From Emiliania huxleyi CCMP1516 (taxonomy: Eukaryota): 64,000 bases of DNA. The DNA lies in NCBI RefSeq assembly GCF_000372725.1, contig NW_005201192.1:434001-498000 (forward strand), written 5' to 3'. The notes beneath the pieces were generated by a model that did no database searches, was not told the origin of the DNA, and saw only the letters and a list, made by a program, of their open reading frames with translations. Positions 21,036 to 34,226 of the stretch are shown here, in pieces. How positions within the stretch are numbered: position 1 is the stretch's first letter; each line of letters opens with the position of its first letter. The translations under genes and the position numbers were made by a program.

Positions 21036-23152
21036 ATGCCTCGGCTCATCTGCCCGCTGCTACTTCTGCTGCAAACGTCCCTCGGCTCAAGAATACCGCC
21101 TCCGGCCGTGCCACAGACCGTGCTCGTCACCGGCGGCGTCGGCTACATCGGCAGCCACACCGTGCTCGAGCTGCTGTCGGCCGGCCACGAGGTGATGCAC
21201 AGAAGACACACGCACACACACACACACGCAGAGAGAATTCACACCTGCCACCCGCATGCACCAGCCTCCTAAACGCGGGTGCACGCAAGGCCGTGAGGGG
21301 CGGCGGATAACCCAGCCCCCGCCTGCACTCAGCAACGCCGAGGCGAGCAGCGCACTCGCGTCTAGGTTGTTGTGGTGGACAACCTGTGCAACTCGAACCT
21401 GGAGTGCCTCCGGAGAGTGCAGGAGCTGGCCGGCCGCGACGTCGCCTTCCACGAGGTCGACCTGCGCGACGCGGACGCGCTGAGTGCGGTCTTTGCGCAG
21501 CACAAGCCGACGGCGGGCGGAGGCTCTGCTTCTTGTCCCGGGTGAGGAGAGGCGGCAGTCACGAGGGCGGACGGGCGTAGGCGGTCGTGCACTTCGCCGG
21601 GCTCAAGGCGGTCGGCGAGTCAGTGGCCGAGCCCCTGCTCTACTACCAGGTCAACGTGCAGGGCACGCTCAACCTCGTGCAGGCGATGCTTCAGCAGGGC
21701 TGCACCGACCTCGTCTTCTCGTCGTCCGCCACCGTGTACGGCGACCCTGCCTCGGTCCCGGTGGACGAGTCCTTCCCCGCCGGCCGCTGCACCAACCCGT
21801 ACGGGTTCTCAAAGTTCTTCATCGAGCAGATCTTGCGCGACGTCTCCACCGCCAACCCGCAGGTGCACCCTCGCCCTCACTCTCATCCTCGCCCTCACCC
21901 CCACCCCCACCCCCACCCTCGCCCGCACCTCGCCCGCCGCACCTCGGCCGCGCGCCACGCTCTCCGCCGCCCGCCGCAGCTCAACGTCGCCTTGCTTCGC
22001 TACTTCAACCCCGTCGGCGCCCACCCGTCCGGCCGCATCGGCGAGCCACACGCAGGGGCATCCCGACCCACCCGGCGAAAGGCGGTGGCCAGGAGGGGGA
22101 CTGGCCAATAGGCGAGGACCCGCAGGGCATCCCGAACAACCTGATGCCCTTCCTGCAGCAAGTCGGACGAGATAGATCAGCTCCACGCACCGGCAGCACC
22201 GGCAGCACCAGCAACACCCGGGGTACCAGCAGCACCCGGGGTGCCCCTCCTGCGGGCGTCCCTCCTGCGGCACGCGGGGCGAGAGGCCGACAGCGAGAGC
22301 GAGCCTCTCCACCCACTGGTCCGCCCGCCCCTCGCCGCCCCCAGGTCGCCGTCGGCAAGCGGCCGCGCCTCTCCGTCTTCGGTGACGATTACCCGACGGC
22401 CGACGGCACTGGCGTGCGGGACTACATCCACGTGGTACGCCCGGCCGAGGCACCGCCTGGCGGCTGGCGGGGCGTGCGCACGACGTGTCCTGGACACGTC
22501 CCGTAGGTCGACCTGGCCAAGGGGCACACCGCCGCCCTGCTCCGGCTGCAGCAGGGCAGCGGCTGCGTCACGTACAACCTCGGCACGGGCGTCGGATACT
22601 CGGCGAGCGGGCGTAGCGCGGAGGATAGCACCGCGGGAGCACGGGTGCGGCGGCAGTAGCGGCAGCAGCGGCAGTAGAGCGAGAGCGGTGTGCTCGAGAG
22701 CGACGTGTGGCCGAGAGCGACGTGTGGCCGAGGCGCTGTCGATCTCGTCCTGGCGGTTGGACTGGTGGCGCTCTGACTCGGCGTCCGCGCGGCAGGTGCT
22801 GGACATGGTTTATGATTGATGATTTCATTCTTTATTCTTGGCAGGTGCTCGACATGGTGCGGGCCTTCTCCGCCGCCTGCGGGCACGACCTCCCTTACGA
22901 GATTGCGCCGCGCAGGCCGGGCGACGTCGCGGTCGTGTACTCGGACGCGTCCCTCGCGGCGGCTGAGCTGGGGTGGAAGGCGGATCTCCGGCCGAGATGT
23001 GGCCGAGAGGTTGCCGAGATCGGGGTGGCAGATGGATCTCGGCTCGATCTCGGCTGATCACTCTCCCGCAGGCGGAGCTCGGCCTCGAGGAGATGTGCTC
23101 CGACACGTGGCGGTGGATCAGCGCCAACCCGAACGGCTTCAGCTCCTCCTAG
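21036..23152 (+). CDS. galE: UDP-glucose 4-epimerase with N-terminal signal-like extension, multi-exon
   Basis: [109 protein letters not shown]. Confidence 0.97.
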
Positions 23153-24199
23153 AGTCGAACCCGCGCTCGGATGCCTCAGGGCACGCGCTCCCTCGCCACG
23201 ACCTGGCCACGACAGTGCGGTGTGGCGAGCGTCGCTCGAGAACGAGATTTTTGCATGGAGAGTCGAGGGAGAGTGGTGTCTGTTCTGCGGGGCGCGGGGC
23301 GGCGGCGGGCGCTCTCTCGGATCTCGCGCGCTCGACTGCAGGGCCGCCGCCGCACTGCGGCGCAGGTACAGACTGCGGGTTACAGTGATGTGCATACTCT
23401 ACACCGTATTGCGGCTGTGCATTTTTTAGCCATTACATAGAACATACTTACGCGTTATACCATGTCATACACACATCTCACATGCCAAAGCCGTAGCGAG
23501 AATGACGAGAATACACGCGGCCCTCAAGCACGCTCCGACCGAGGCCTGTCGTCGCCGCCGCCACACCCCGAGCCGCGGTACGAGGCCAGCATCGCGTGGC
23601 TGTACTGCGAGAGCGGGTCAGAGACGGCTCTCGACGCGGCGCGCTTTCTCCGAGCAATCTCGCCCAGAGAGGCAGCCGTCTCCGGCTGCGGCGCGGTGAT
23701 GTAAATCTGCGGCGTCCGCTTTGCCGCCGTGGCCGCTGGATCTGGCTGCTGCCCGCCGCGAGCCTTGTTGTATCCAGTCTCTCCGAGGATCAGGACCAGC
23801 ACGGTGAAGCGTCCCTTGTTGTAGCGTATGATGTCCCACCAAAAGGCGCGGCTCTCGAGCATCGAAAGGAGGAATTTCGACATTGTCGCAGCCCTCTTCT
23901 TCGGACGCCTCTTCACTGGCCCAAAGGCAGCAGGTGAGCTGCTACGAGGCCGACGGTTGTGAGAGGTGGTCTCTGCAGCGAGAGGTGCACACGGCAGACA
24001 GCAGGGACGAGCAAATGACGAAGCTAGGAGACTGGATTATGCAGCGCTACGAGGTGCGTCGTTGGCGTTGGCGGCGAAGCGAAATGCTGCTTCGTCGTCT
24101 CACTCGCGTCCTCCTCTTTCCCGATCGACACCTGGAGCCTGTCGCACGACACTAGGCACGGGACTGGTGACGCACTGGCCAACACAGGTACACCACGGG

Positions 24200-25256
24200 A
24201 GAAAATAACGTGTGGCCCTCAGCGGAGCTGGGAAGAGGACCGCCGCAAGCGGCGTGGCGTGGAGCGGTTGTGCATCCCTCCGGGGGCCCCTCTGCGCCGG
24301 GGAGGCGTTGTTGGAGGCTAGGACGCAAGCGTCCGTCGCCCTTTTTCAAACTCGGGGCCCACTCCGCTACGCTCCGACCCGAATTTGGAGGGCCTGAAAG
24401 TTTAAGGTGTTGCTGCGCAAAAGGGGTCGGACACAGGGCGCAGCTCATGCTAAGAGCTAGAAGGGGAGATGGAGAGAACAACCACCCTGTCCCGTTATTG
24501 CGTACACCAACACCACAAAGCTCTCTCTCTCCTGCTCCTCACACTCAGGGGGCGGTCACGACTACCGAGTCCCTAGAGCCTAGCTGCCACGTTCAAAACC
24601 AGGACGGCGACAGTGATGGTGCTATCACGGGCATGGTCAGGGGAAAGTGGAGCGGGGGGGGGCGAGCGTCAGCCAGCCAGGTGATAGTAGAGCAGGCGCT
24701 TTGTGGGTGGCGGTGGGCGGCGGCGCTGGGTGGCCGGCCGAATCGTTAGCTGAGCTCCTCCCTCAAGCTCGATCACGCATGACGCACGTAACCTGACAAC
24801 GTCGGCGAGCTTCTGGATCAGGTTAGGTTGCTGGAGCACCTCCAACTCCTCCTCTGAGTCAGACACGCCAACGTCGACGACTGCGCCCTCCTCCTCCTCC
24901 TCCGATTCGCCGACTGCACCCTTCTCCTCCATGGGCTCGATCCGATTCCGCAGCGTGTCGTCCTCAGCGGCGGTGCTGCGCGGGAGGCGGCCGCGGGCAC
25001 GCTGGGCTCGATCAGCGGCTTTCCCTCAGTTGCTCCGAAAGCACGGATTTGGCGGCGGTTCTTGGCTTCAATTTACGATGTCTTGGCACCAGCTGAAGGC
25101 TTGCGTCCCAGATCACGCAGTTCGTGCACGGTATTCGGATTTTGCTATTTGTTCGTGTGGGGGTATATTGCAGATTTGTCAATGGTACCGCGTCTGCGAC
25201 GCGGGCGCCTTGCGGGCAGAGCCCTTAGCCACCCTTTATATCTTGCGCGGTCATAA
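24200..25256 (+). mobile_element. ~1.05-kb dispersed element, copy A
   Basis: 24215-24590 and 24915-25256 match the reverse complement of 35940-36306 and 35278-35610 respectively. Confidence 0.8.
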
Positions 25257-25462
25257 TTCTTAACATCAGCGTCTCTCCGAGAAAAGAAAACGCTCTCCAC
25301 TTTAGGTCTCCCTCTCTTAAGGTCCGGCTCCCGACACAGGTAGCAAAAAGAAAACGGACCGCTTCCATCGCCGGGCCCGGGGATCCCGCGAAAAGAGAGA
25401 GACTTTGACACTGCCGAACCGTTTTTTCTACCGTGAAAGTGCTAGCGGCAGGGGTGGCGTCG

Positions 25463-28400
25463 TCAAGGGCTGCCATCATCGAAAATCGTCTCGAAGGGAC
25501 TCTGTTGCCTCTCCGCATGCGCTGGACTAGCGGTCTGCGGGCACCGCCAACTCCTCGGGTCGCTCCAGTCTACGTTGCGCTGCGCGACCTGCAGCGAGGC
25601 GAGGTTGAAGCCCGCACCAAGCATGCTGCGCGAGACGAGCTCCTCTCCTTCGGAGTCTCCGTCGTCCGCGGCGCCGTCGAAGAGCTCCGCCCGGCGCAGC
25701 ACCTCAAAGCCCAGCGCATCGGTCGCGAGCACCTCGCCCCTCAATGTTGGTCCTGTGCAGCCGTTGCCGGCCTCGACGCCGCTCGCTGCGCACAAGTCGG
25801 CGGTCGGTAACGCGCACCGGATGGTGGTGCCCACGAGGCGTACGGCGCGGCCCGAGCCGGGCACATAGGTCCCCAGCCGGTCGGTGAAGGCCTGGCTCCA
25901 GTGCCACCCCGCCGGTGTCCACTGCGGCAAAAAGGGGCCGCGGGCGCCTATTACGGCTAGGACGTGTGACGAGACGGTATCACCGCGGGGCAAAGGGAGT
26001 CGCGCCCGCGAGCAGGATGAAGTGCGTCATGTCAAGCCGCGTCGCTGGCCACTCGGCGCTCATGCCCAGCTTATGCAGGAGGGCGCCTACATCTCGGGCA
26101 ACCCCGGCAATCTCGAGTATTTCCAGCACTCGTGCCCCGCTTGCGCAGCGACGTGCCGTGGCCGCGGGACACCCCCCACCGGTCGCCTCGGAACAGGGCG
26201 AGGAAGGGGCGGCCTGGGTACGGCTTGAGCTCAGCGCCGCAGAGCCAGCCGTTGACGACGAGCGCGAAGAGCAGGCGTGTGCCATCGGGCTCCGCGTCGC
26301 GCAGGCCGTCGGTGAGGAAACGCTCGAGGCGCTCCGCCTCGTTGGGTAGGTCGCGGTACACGTAGCTGATGAGCACCCGCCGGCGCAAGTTGCTCGGCAC
26401 CGGCTGTAGGTAGTTTGGTGAGAAGAGGGTGCTCTGCAGCCGCTCGCTGATCTGACTCCACGGGCTGCGCGCGTGGCTCTCCGCCTCCCGGTCCGCAAGC
26501 ATCATACGCGCGGCCGCGGCGGTCACCTCGTCGGCGCTGTCGCTCTCGTCAAACTGTGTCACGGCCGACGTCCGCCGGACGGCGCAGCAAGCCGCCAGCC
26601 CTGCCTCGGCCCACCGATCCCGGGCGAAGCCGCCGTCCGCCACCGCATCTGCCTCGGCGAGGAAGGTCGCCTTGCAGGCGTCCTGCGTGCGCAGGGTGCC
26701 GCCGCCAAACTTGATGAAGATCAGCTCGAACGGGTCCTGCATCGGCATCAGGGACGGCATTAGCGCCGGCGCCCGCGGCTGAGGATTGGTCCGTGCCCAC
26801 TGTTTCGACTGTCTATGGGTGGGCCTGCATGAACAGCGTCGGATTGAGCTGGCAGCGCCGCTCGCACGCAGCCGGCTTGAAGTCGTCCGACCAACGCTCG
26901 AGCGCGGCAATGCGGTAGCCCGCGGCGAGGATGGCGCGGCTCAGTCCAATCTCGCCGGTCCGCACGATGTCCAAGTATCCGGCGCGCGGCCCACTCTCCC
27001 ACCGGGGCAGCACAAACGCCTCGACAGCGCGCCTGGCCGAGGGAGGCGGGGCGACAGGTACAGGCACAGGTGCGGCGAAAAGACGGCGGGCAATGGTGCG
27101 AGTGGCTGGAAAGGGGCGGGTGGGTGGGGGAGAGGCGCGCCGCGTGGCGGCGAGGAAGTATGATTGGAGGTGCGGCCCAATCTCACACGAGATTGAGGGG
27201 CCGCTCAGCAGCACGCCGTCTTGCAGCCTGCTGATGAACGGGTGCAGCCAGGCGGAAGCGCCCAGCCTCGTCGCAGTCGCCGAGCCGGGGCGGGCTGCGA
27301 GGTACGGGCCTCGAACGCCACAGTTGAGAAAGACAAAGAAGTCGGTCGCGTTGCTGCCCGTTCGCAGCTCGTCGCGCACCTGCTCTCGGACCATTCAGAC
27401 CCTCGGACCTCCTAAGAACAGCTGGGTGGAGAGATCGCGCAGATCGTCGCGCACCGTGCGCGCGTGCACCGGCAGATCTGCGACCGTGAGGCTGCGCCGC
27501 TTCACAGAAACCCACTTGTGCCGTCCGGCGAGTTCAGGGATTGGCGTGTCTCCGATCACGGAGAGGACGACGCGAGGCATGAGGGCGCGCGCCCCCGACT
27601 CGGCAGGCATTGGCAGGCCCCAGCGCAGAAAGGCCTGCAGGTTGCTCTGACACTGCCGGTACGTCGACTGCCGCTCCTCAGAAGCGGCGGGGCCGTGCCG
27701 CTTCGGCGGCGGGGAATAGTAGGCGTATGAAATGAGCGTCCGCCGAAGCAGCAGCCGCGCCTCTTCCGTCTGCAAAGCCTATCCCAACCTCAATCTCGGT
27801 CAAACTCGGGTCATCTCAGCAACAGCCACGCCCCCTCCGTCGGCAAGGCCTCTACCGGCTCGCTGAGTGCCGGCGACTCGCGCGGCGCAGTCCAGTAAGG
27901 CGTGCGCTGTGGCGGCGCAAGCCCCCCCAGCCCGCCACCGGGCTGCGCCGCGGCCGCTGATGTGCACGTGCGCTGCACCCAGCCGTGCGTCGGCTCGACG
28001 TCGCAGTTGCCTGTCGGGTGGGTGGATGGCGAAGGTGCCGCAGTCGATACCCTCGAGCGTCCCAGCTCGCTAGATCTCAGCCAGGTCTTAGCCACTGTCC
28101 GGGTGTTCTAGCATACATCTAGGCCAGACTGCGGTCATATCTCGGGATTTCGAGCAATATCTCGACCAGTCGCTCTGCACACGGATACCTGCGCGGAGCA
28201 ACGTCCTTTGCGCGAGGGTCCACGAGTCCCTCTCCATGGCCGCGACGACGTTCTCAATTAGGTTGCGGCGCAGCCCCACGCATGAGGACGCATCGAGCGC
28301 GGCGCCCGCCCGGCGCATCCGCTCGCGCACGGCCCGCTTGTTGACCACTGTGGTGGGGAGGATGGTGCGTGCGTAGGTTTGCCGGAGCCACCAGCAAGCG

Positions 28401-28863
28401 AGCCTACGGCATGGCTTGTCGGTTAGACAGGCGCCGAGCGACAAGATCTGTCACAGCCGGCAGAGAGCGTTGCCAGCGTGACTTCACACCTCTGCGGCGA
28501 GCGGGCGGTTTGCGTGGTGTGTGCGAGCGTGTGTACTCCCAGAAGCAGAACGCACCACCGCGTGAGGTTGCCCTCAAGCTCAGGCAATAGGGCGCGCGGG
28601 CCGAAGAACCAGTCGACGTCCGTGTTTACGCCCGTGCTTCCCCGGTCGCAGTCGATCCGCCACGACGTCGCACGCTGCTTGCATCGCAGCGCCGCCCGCT
28701 GCGGCGAGAGAACAGAGCAGTTGGGGCCTCCGAAGCCGAGGTCGTCGAACCAGTCGCGGTGCGCCATGGAGGGGAACTTGCTACACTGACCCGTGATGCG
28801 GATGTAGCAGCTCGGGAAGGGTAGCAGAAGCTGTGGCGGGGTGCGCGGCTGAGGCTCCCGCAT
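25463..28863 (-). CDS. Protein with two tandem RgpF (rhamnan synthesis F)-like putative glycosyltransferase domains and a Cys-rich N-terminus, multi-exon
   Basis: Domain 1: LISYAY, FVFLNCGVRGPYL, LSGPSISCEIGPHLQSYFLA, GEIGLSRAILAAGYRI, PFELIFIKFGG. Domain 2: LISYVY, GARGPFLP, LVGTTIRC, LATDALG, SRSMLGAGFNLASL, PFETIF. Linkage of the 5' exons (27800-28863) is uncertain. Confidence 0.65.
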
Positions 28864-29080
28864 CGGAGGTGAAGCAAGACAAGCAAGACAAGGGGCCCAC
28901 GCCGCGTTGGCGTGCCATGCGAAGTTGATTGAAACGCGGTTTCCGCTTGAATCGGTTTTACACGACATCGGAGGAGAAAGAATTTTACAAGGAAGCTCCC
29001 TCGCACGACACGGGGCACGGCGGGACAGGAGAAAGAATGCGAATCGCGCACTTTTCACCCCTACCAGCCACCACGCGCTG

Positions 29081-30483
29081 CTATACGCAGCTTTCTCTCT
29101 CACTGCGCGCCCACACCTCGATCCTCTTTGGCACAGGCTGGTCGGAGTCGTCCTCCCCTTGGCCGAGACAGCCGTTTCCTCCGTACCCCCACGCCCAGGT
29201 GGCGCCGTCAGCAGTCGTTGCTAGGCTGTGCGCCTCGCCCGCCGCCAGGGCCACCACGAAAGAAGAAGCAGAGGAAAGAAGTTGACCCTCTCGGGTTTGG
29301 AGCTGCAATGATCACCTGCACTTCCCCAGCACCAAACACCACCGTCGGCGGTGAGGGCGAGACTGTGATCTCCTCCCGCCGCGACTGCGACCACCCGCCG
29401 CCCAGCCAAGGACTCGACTTTTTGTGGCTCCTGTCGGCTCTGCTCGTTCCCATGGCCCAGCTGGCCGCTCGTTCCCTTGCCCCAGCTCCAGACAGCATTA
29501 TCTGAGTCGATTGCGAGCTTGTGGTCCCGTCCCGCGGACACGGCGACGATGCGCTGGATGAAGGCTTCAATCCTCTTGGGCGGAGGTGGCGTCTGACGAA
29601 ACGAGCCTAGCGGGCCGCGAATGGCCCAGCTGTCGCCCCACTCCAAGAAGGAGCCCCAGCTCCACGCGGCGCCGTCGGCGGTGATGGCGAGATTGTGGTA
29701 GGCTCCGGCCGCAACCGAGATGACTAAGTGGCTCGCTAAGGCCTCGACCTTCTTCGGCAAAAGCTGGGTCTCTGAGTTGCAGTGCCCCAGCCGGCCCTCG
29801 CGCCCCCAGCCCCAGCTCCAGACTGAGCCGTCAGCGGTGAGGGCGAGGCTATGGCTGCGCCCTGCCGCCACGGCGACGACATGCCGCCCAGCCAAGGCCA
29901 CGATCCGGACGGGCTGCGGCTGATCCAACTCGTCGCCATGCCCTAGCCGGCCGTACCTGCCTTTGCCCCAGCTCCAAATAGAGCCGTCGGCGGCGATGGC
30001 GAGGCTGTGAGCGACTCCCGCCGCCAACTTCACGGCGGGATGACCGTCCAGGCGCGACGCGATCCGGGCCGGCGTCTTGAGCTGTGCCACACCCTTGCCG
30101 TGCCCAAGTAGCCCCCGGCTGTAGCGGTCCTCTCTGCCGCACGACCAGAGCCGCCCCTCGCCGTCGATGAAGACGCTGTGGCTGTCGCCCGCCACGACTC
30201 TCGTCAAAGGCGGGTCTGCCTCGCAGCGCACAGCCTCCAGGCATTGCCGTCCGACACTCACTTCAGAGAGCTCGTACCGACGCTCCTGCGCGCGCAATCG
30301 CAGGCCTTCTGCAGCGACCGCGCTGAAATGGCGGGTGACGGCCGCGGCGCGAGCGATGTCGGCGGGGCTGCCGCACAGAGAGACGACACGCGAGAGGAGC
30401 TCCGCTGGCAACGCGTCGAGAGTGGGCGGCGGCGTGTCGGCGTGTGCGCTGGCGTGGGTGCTGGCGTGGCCAGCTTCCGCCAT
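29081..30483 (-). CDS. F-box + RCC1-repeat protein; frame break near 29260-29320 (possible pseudogene)
   Basis: LDALPAELLSRVVSL F-box; repeated VAAG..HSLA..ADG.VWSWG.G..G.LGHG. The last RCC1 repeat lies in another frame. Confidence 0.88.
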
Positions 30484-31412
30484 AGTTTACACCGGGAGGG
30501 AACGTACGTCTGGGGTGTGCCCAGAACTTTCGTGGTGGCGACTCGCTCGCCCACTATTGTGATCTGTGATCTGTGAGGGTCCGCCCGCAGGCGCATTTTG
30601 TATACCGAGTCGGTGCCCGGTGCCGAGCGCAGGCAGAGCCCACAGGTCGGACCTTAAGACAGCATGTATTGTTACTTACTTTTTCAGGGTCGCTCTCTCT
30701 TCTCAGTCAGTGTATGTGGCACTTACGTACATTCCTTTTTTAACAGTAGCCAGCTGGCTCGGAGTGTCGGGGTTGTGCGTGTGGAGTTTGTGTGTCTATG
30801 TGTGTCGCTCCAGCGTGCGTGCCGTCATCTACATCCTGTCCCGCGTCCACACCCATACCGCGTTGGTGTCCAGTCCCGACCGAGCCTGACTGTTCTTCAT
30901 CTATCGTGGTGTGCGCAAACAAATCATGCCTGTCTGGAGCCGCGTCGTGGGACCGTTACTTCTTTCGCACCCGGCTTTTGTTGCAGCTTTAGCTGGATAC
31001 AGGTTACAGCGCGACAAATGGGTCAGACACAGTAGCACCACACCACATGCACATTGCACATTGGGTCAGAACTCAGAAGCAAAAGGAAAGATGGTTGGCC
31101 GCGTCTGCTGCTGGCTGCAGCAGCAGCAGTCCAGAAGCCCTCCCGAGAGCGCGTCGGGCGTGGCAAAGTAGATGCTTCCGACGGCGCGGCGAACATAAAT
31201 TCGAGAAGGAGCGCGGCGATGTGCGAGAGGGGGAGGCAGAAGAGGTAGACCGGGTCGGGCCCAAACCCCAAAGTCGGCGGCCAAGAGAGAGAGTCAATCT
31301 TCCTTCCCACCTTAACTTCCTCGAAGAAGTTGGAATTTTATGTCGAAAAGAAAGTGTCGCGACGGCGCTTGTGATTGCGGCGTTCTGGAAAAACCTGCAC
31401 CCCAGCGTGGCC

Positions 31413-32918
31413 ATGACAACTGGAAAGCGGCGGTGGCTGATCCCTCCGGGCACACAGAAGAGCCTTGAGGCTGCTTTCCTCGTCGATCGCTTCCCTTCCC
31501 TCTCTGACCGTCAGCGGTTGGCGACCGCCTTCGACGTGACACCGAGGAAGATCCACACTTGGTTCCAGGCGCGTCCCTGCCTAGCCTTCGTTCGGGCCCC
31601 CGCCCCGTCCGCTCATCTCCCGATTCCCCCTCCGCCACCCTCTGCCGCCAGAATAAGCGGAGCCGCTCGGGGCAGACCCCGAAGAAGGCGCCTCGCTCGA
31701 AGGCGCCTCGCTCAAAGGCGCCTCGCATCCGCCACGGCGAGGCATCCAAGACGGACGAGGTGGTCTTCGCGCCGGCGCAGAGCGCGGTGGCTCACGCCCC
31801 CCTTCCGTGCGCTCCACCGGCGATGTGCCACGCGCTCACCGATGCCGCGCTGATGGGCTGCACGTACCGAGCGCATGGATACCTCACCGACAAGCAGGAG
31901 GGCGGCTCGCAGGTCAGCCCCCCCACACCACCCNNNNNNNNNNNNNNNNNNNNNNNNNNNNNNNNNNNNNNNNNNNNNNNNNNNNNNNNNNNNNNNNNNN
32001 NNNNNNNNNNNNNNNNNNNNNNNNNNNNNNNNNTTCCCCCGGCCCCTTCCCCCGGCCCTTTTTCCGGCAAAACGCCCGCTGCGCCGGACACCCTGCTCCT
32101 TTGCTACCGCAACCTCGCCCACCGCGTAGCCCGCCGCTTTGCCCGCCGCCTCGCCCGCCGCCCGCCCCCTTGACGTCTCGTCCGACCGCTTGCTCAACGC
32201 GCATCACAACCACGAGCCAAGCCTGGACCTCACGCCCAACCTCGCCCCAAGCCTCACCCCGGTGGGCTCCTTCCGGGTGCTCCCTCCTCGCGGTGGCGGC
32301 TCCCTCCTCGCGCCCCCCTGCGGGTGGTGGGCGGCCGTGCCCGGGTCCGGCACCAGGGGCGCCACTGTGTGGCGGCTGCAGGTTCAGGTGCGATGCCGCC
32401 GGGAGGGCCGGCCGGGGCTCTGCCCTGCCTCCGCCTCTCCCCGGCGTCTCTCCCTCAACCCCCCCCCCCTCCCCAATTCTGAGCCATATCACCATATCAG
32501 AGACACACGTCCTCCCGGCGGCACACAGGTCTCCGCACGGGCCATCGCACCCGCGCCGCTCCTGCCCAAGCCGCACCCGCACCCTGAAGCCGCGGCCGGC
32601 GAGATGGAGCTACAGCTCCCTCTCGCCCACGCCGAGATCGCGCCGGTGACGCGGCCCGAGATCTACGCACTGCCCTATACCACACAGCACAGCCACTCTC
32701 GCCACCACTCACCGAACCCCTCGGAGCGGCCTTGCGACTCACCGTCTAGTCCTCACTGTCTCTCCCTCAGTCTACGGCCTCTGTGTCACTCTTGTGTGCC
32801 TCCTTACCAGGTGACCGACCCGCTGCTCGGCGAGCCGCTGCCGTCCCCGCCGCTGCTCGAGGTCTCGTCGAGCACCTCGTCGATGGACCTGCTGGACAGC
32901 ATCGCCAGCCTGCTGTGA
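31413..32918 (+). CDS. Homeodomain transcription factor, multi-exon (interrupted by an assembly gap)
   Basis: KRRWLIP...KSLEAAFLVDRFPSLSDRQRLATAFDVTPRKIHTWFQ|NKRSR, with GC-AG intron 31569-31651 at the WFQ/N position. Confidence 0.88.
31934..32033. other. Assembly gap (100 N)
   Basis: Run of N. Confidence 1.
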
Positions 32919-33376
32919 GCAAGCCTCCGCATGTGGGCGCTCCCCCGATGTACCGTTCACCGAGGAATTCCGACCGGGACGAGAGATGTGCTCTCCGTAC
33001 TTCGAGATGCTCTCCGTACTTCGAGAAAGAGACTGACTGAGAGCTATAGCTCCGTTCGCGCTCGGGACACGTGGTCCTTCCTTGCATGTATCATTGAAAC
33101 AAGACACGCGCTCACGCGCCTATACGCGGACCGTCATGCAGAACCAGAAGGGCGACATGTGTAGAGTACAAGCTTCGCCGGGTCTACGGCTCTCTAGTAA
33201 ATGGATGGTGCATGGCGGCGCGCAGCGCCGCGAAGTGAAATGGTGCATGACCCTCACAAGACCAAGTGAAATCGCCAAACCACTAGGTAAATCATGAAAC
33301 TCACAAGTGAAACGGTGCATGCCCAACTGCAGGCCACTGTGAACCCGCGAGCGCGGAGACCGGAGTGGGAAATGTG

Positions 33377-33561
33377 CACTATCAAACTATTAGCCTAATA
33401 ACGTACCTAATTATTAGCATATACCTAATAACGCTGCTATTAAGCTAATAATTAGCTTATTTACACAATCAGTTTCGTGAAAAATGCTAATTATTAGATA
33501 GCAGCGTTATTAGGTATATGCTAATAATTAGGTACGTTATTAGGCTAATAGTTTGATAGTG
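33377..33561. mobile_element. AT-rich foldback MITE with CACTA...TAGTG termini (CMC/EnSpm-type), ~80-bp arms, 2-bp TG duplication
   Basis: CACTATCAAACTATTAGCCTAATAACGTACCTAATTATTAGCATATACCTAATAACGCTGCTAT... is mirrored at the right end; TG flanks both sides. Confidence 0.88.
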
Positions 33562-34080
33562 TGGGGGGTGCATCTGGGATTCTGGGTGGGGGATGTCCTG
33601 TTGCGTGTTGCCCTTCGAGCGTGTAGATACACAAAGCATACTCTTAAGTACACAAGAGAGAGAGAGACGTACGTGTACAGAGAGAGAGAGAGAGTAGTAC
33701 GTACACAATAAAAGCATACACACAGTACACACAAAACACAGTACGACGTGTCGACGTCCTCTCCGCCGAGCTGTGCGCGACATGAGCTTGATCGTGCGCG
33801 TGACCATGCTCGTCTTCCGGGCTCGTGAACGGCGTGGACTCGCCGCACACATTCCACAGCGACGACTTCCCCGCTTGAGGCTCGATGAAGTGCCAGACAG
33901 ATGAAGCAGGACGGGTGGCGCTGCAGCATCAAGTCGAGCTCGCCAGGACTCGACGCTGATAGTGCCAAGTCAAACCCGTTGCATCCATGTGTGTAGCGCG
34001 TGCAGCCCGTAAGCCTTGCCGTCGGACCCCTCGATCGACCAGCGACACCTCTTGCGTGCTGCACGTGACCTTGCCGAGAG

Positions 34081-34165
34081 GGGGGGGAGGGAGGGAGGGA
34101 GGGAGGGAGGGAGGGAGGGAGGGAGGGAGGGAGGGAGGGAGAAGAGAGAGAAGAGAGAGAAGAGG

Positions 34166-34226
<61 letters not shown>

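Noticed and set aside
23462..24155. Possible gene fragments on either strand
   Set aside because: There is no recognisable motif or consistent exon chain.
12708..28863. A polysaccharide gene cluster (LPMO, galE, RgpF-like)
   Set aside because: The genes are interleaved with unrelated genes and repeats, and there is no evidence of co-regulation from sequence alone.
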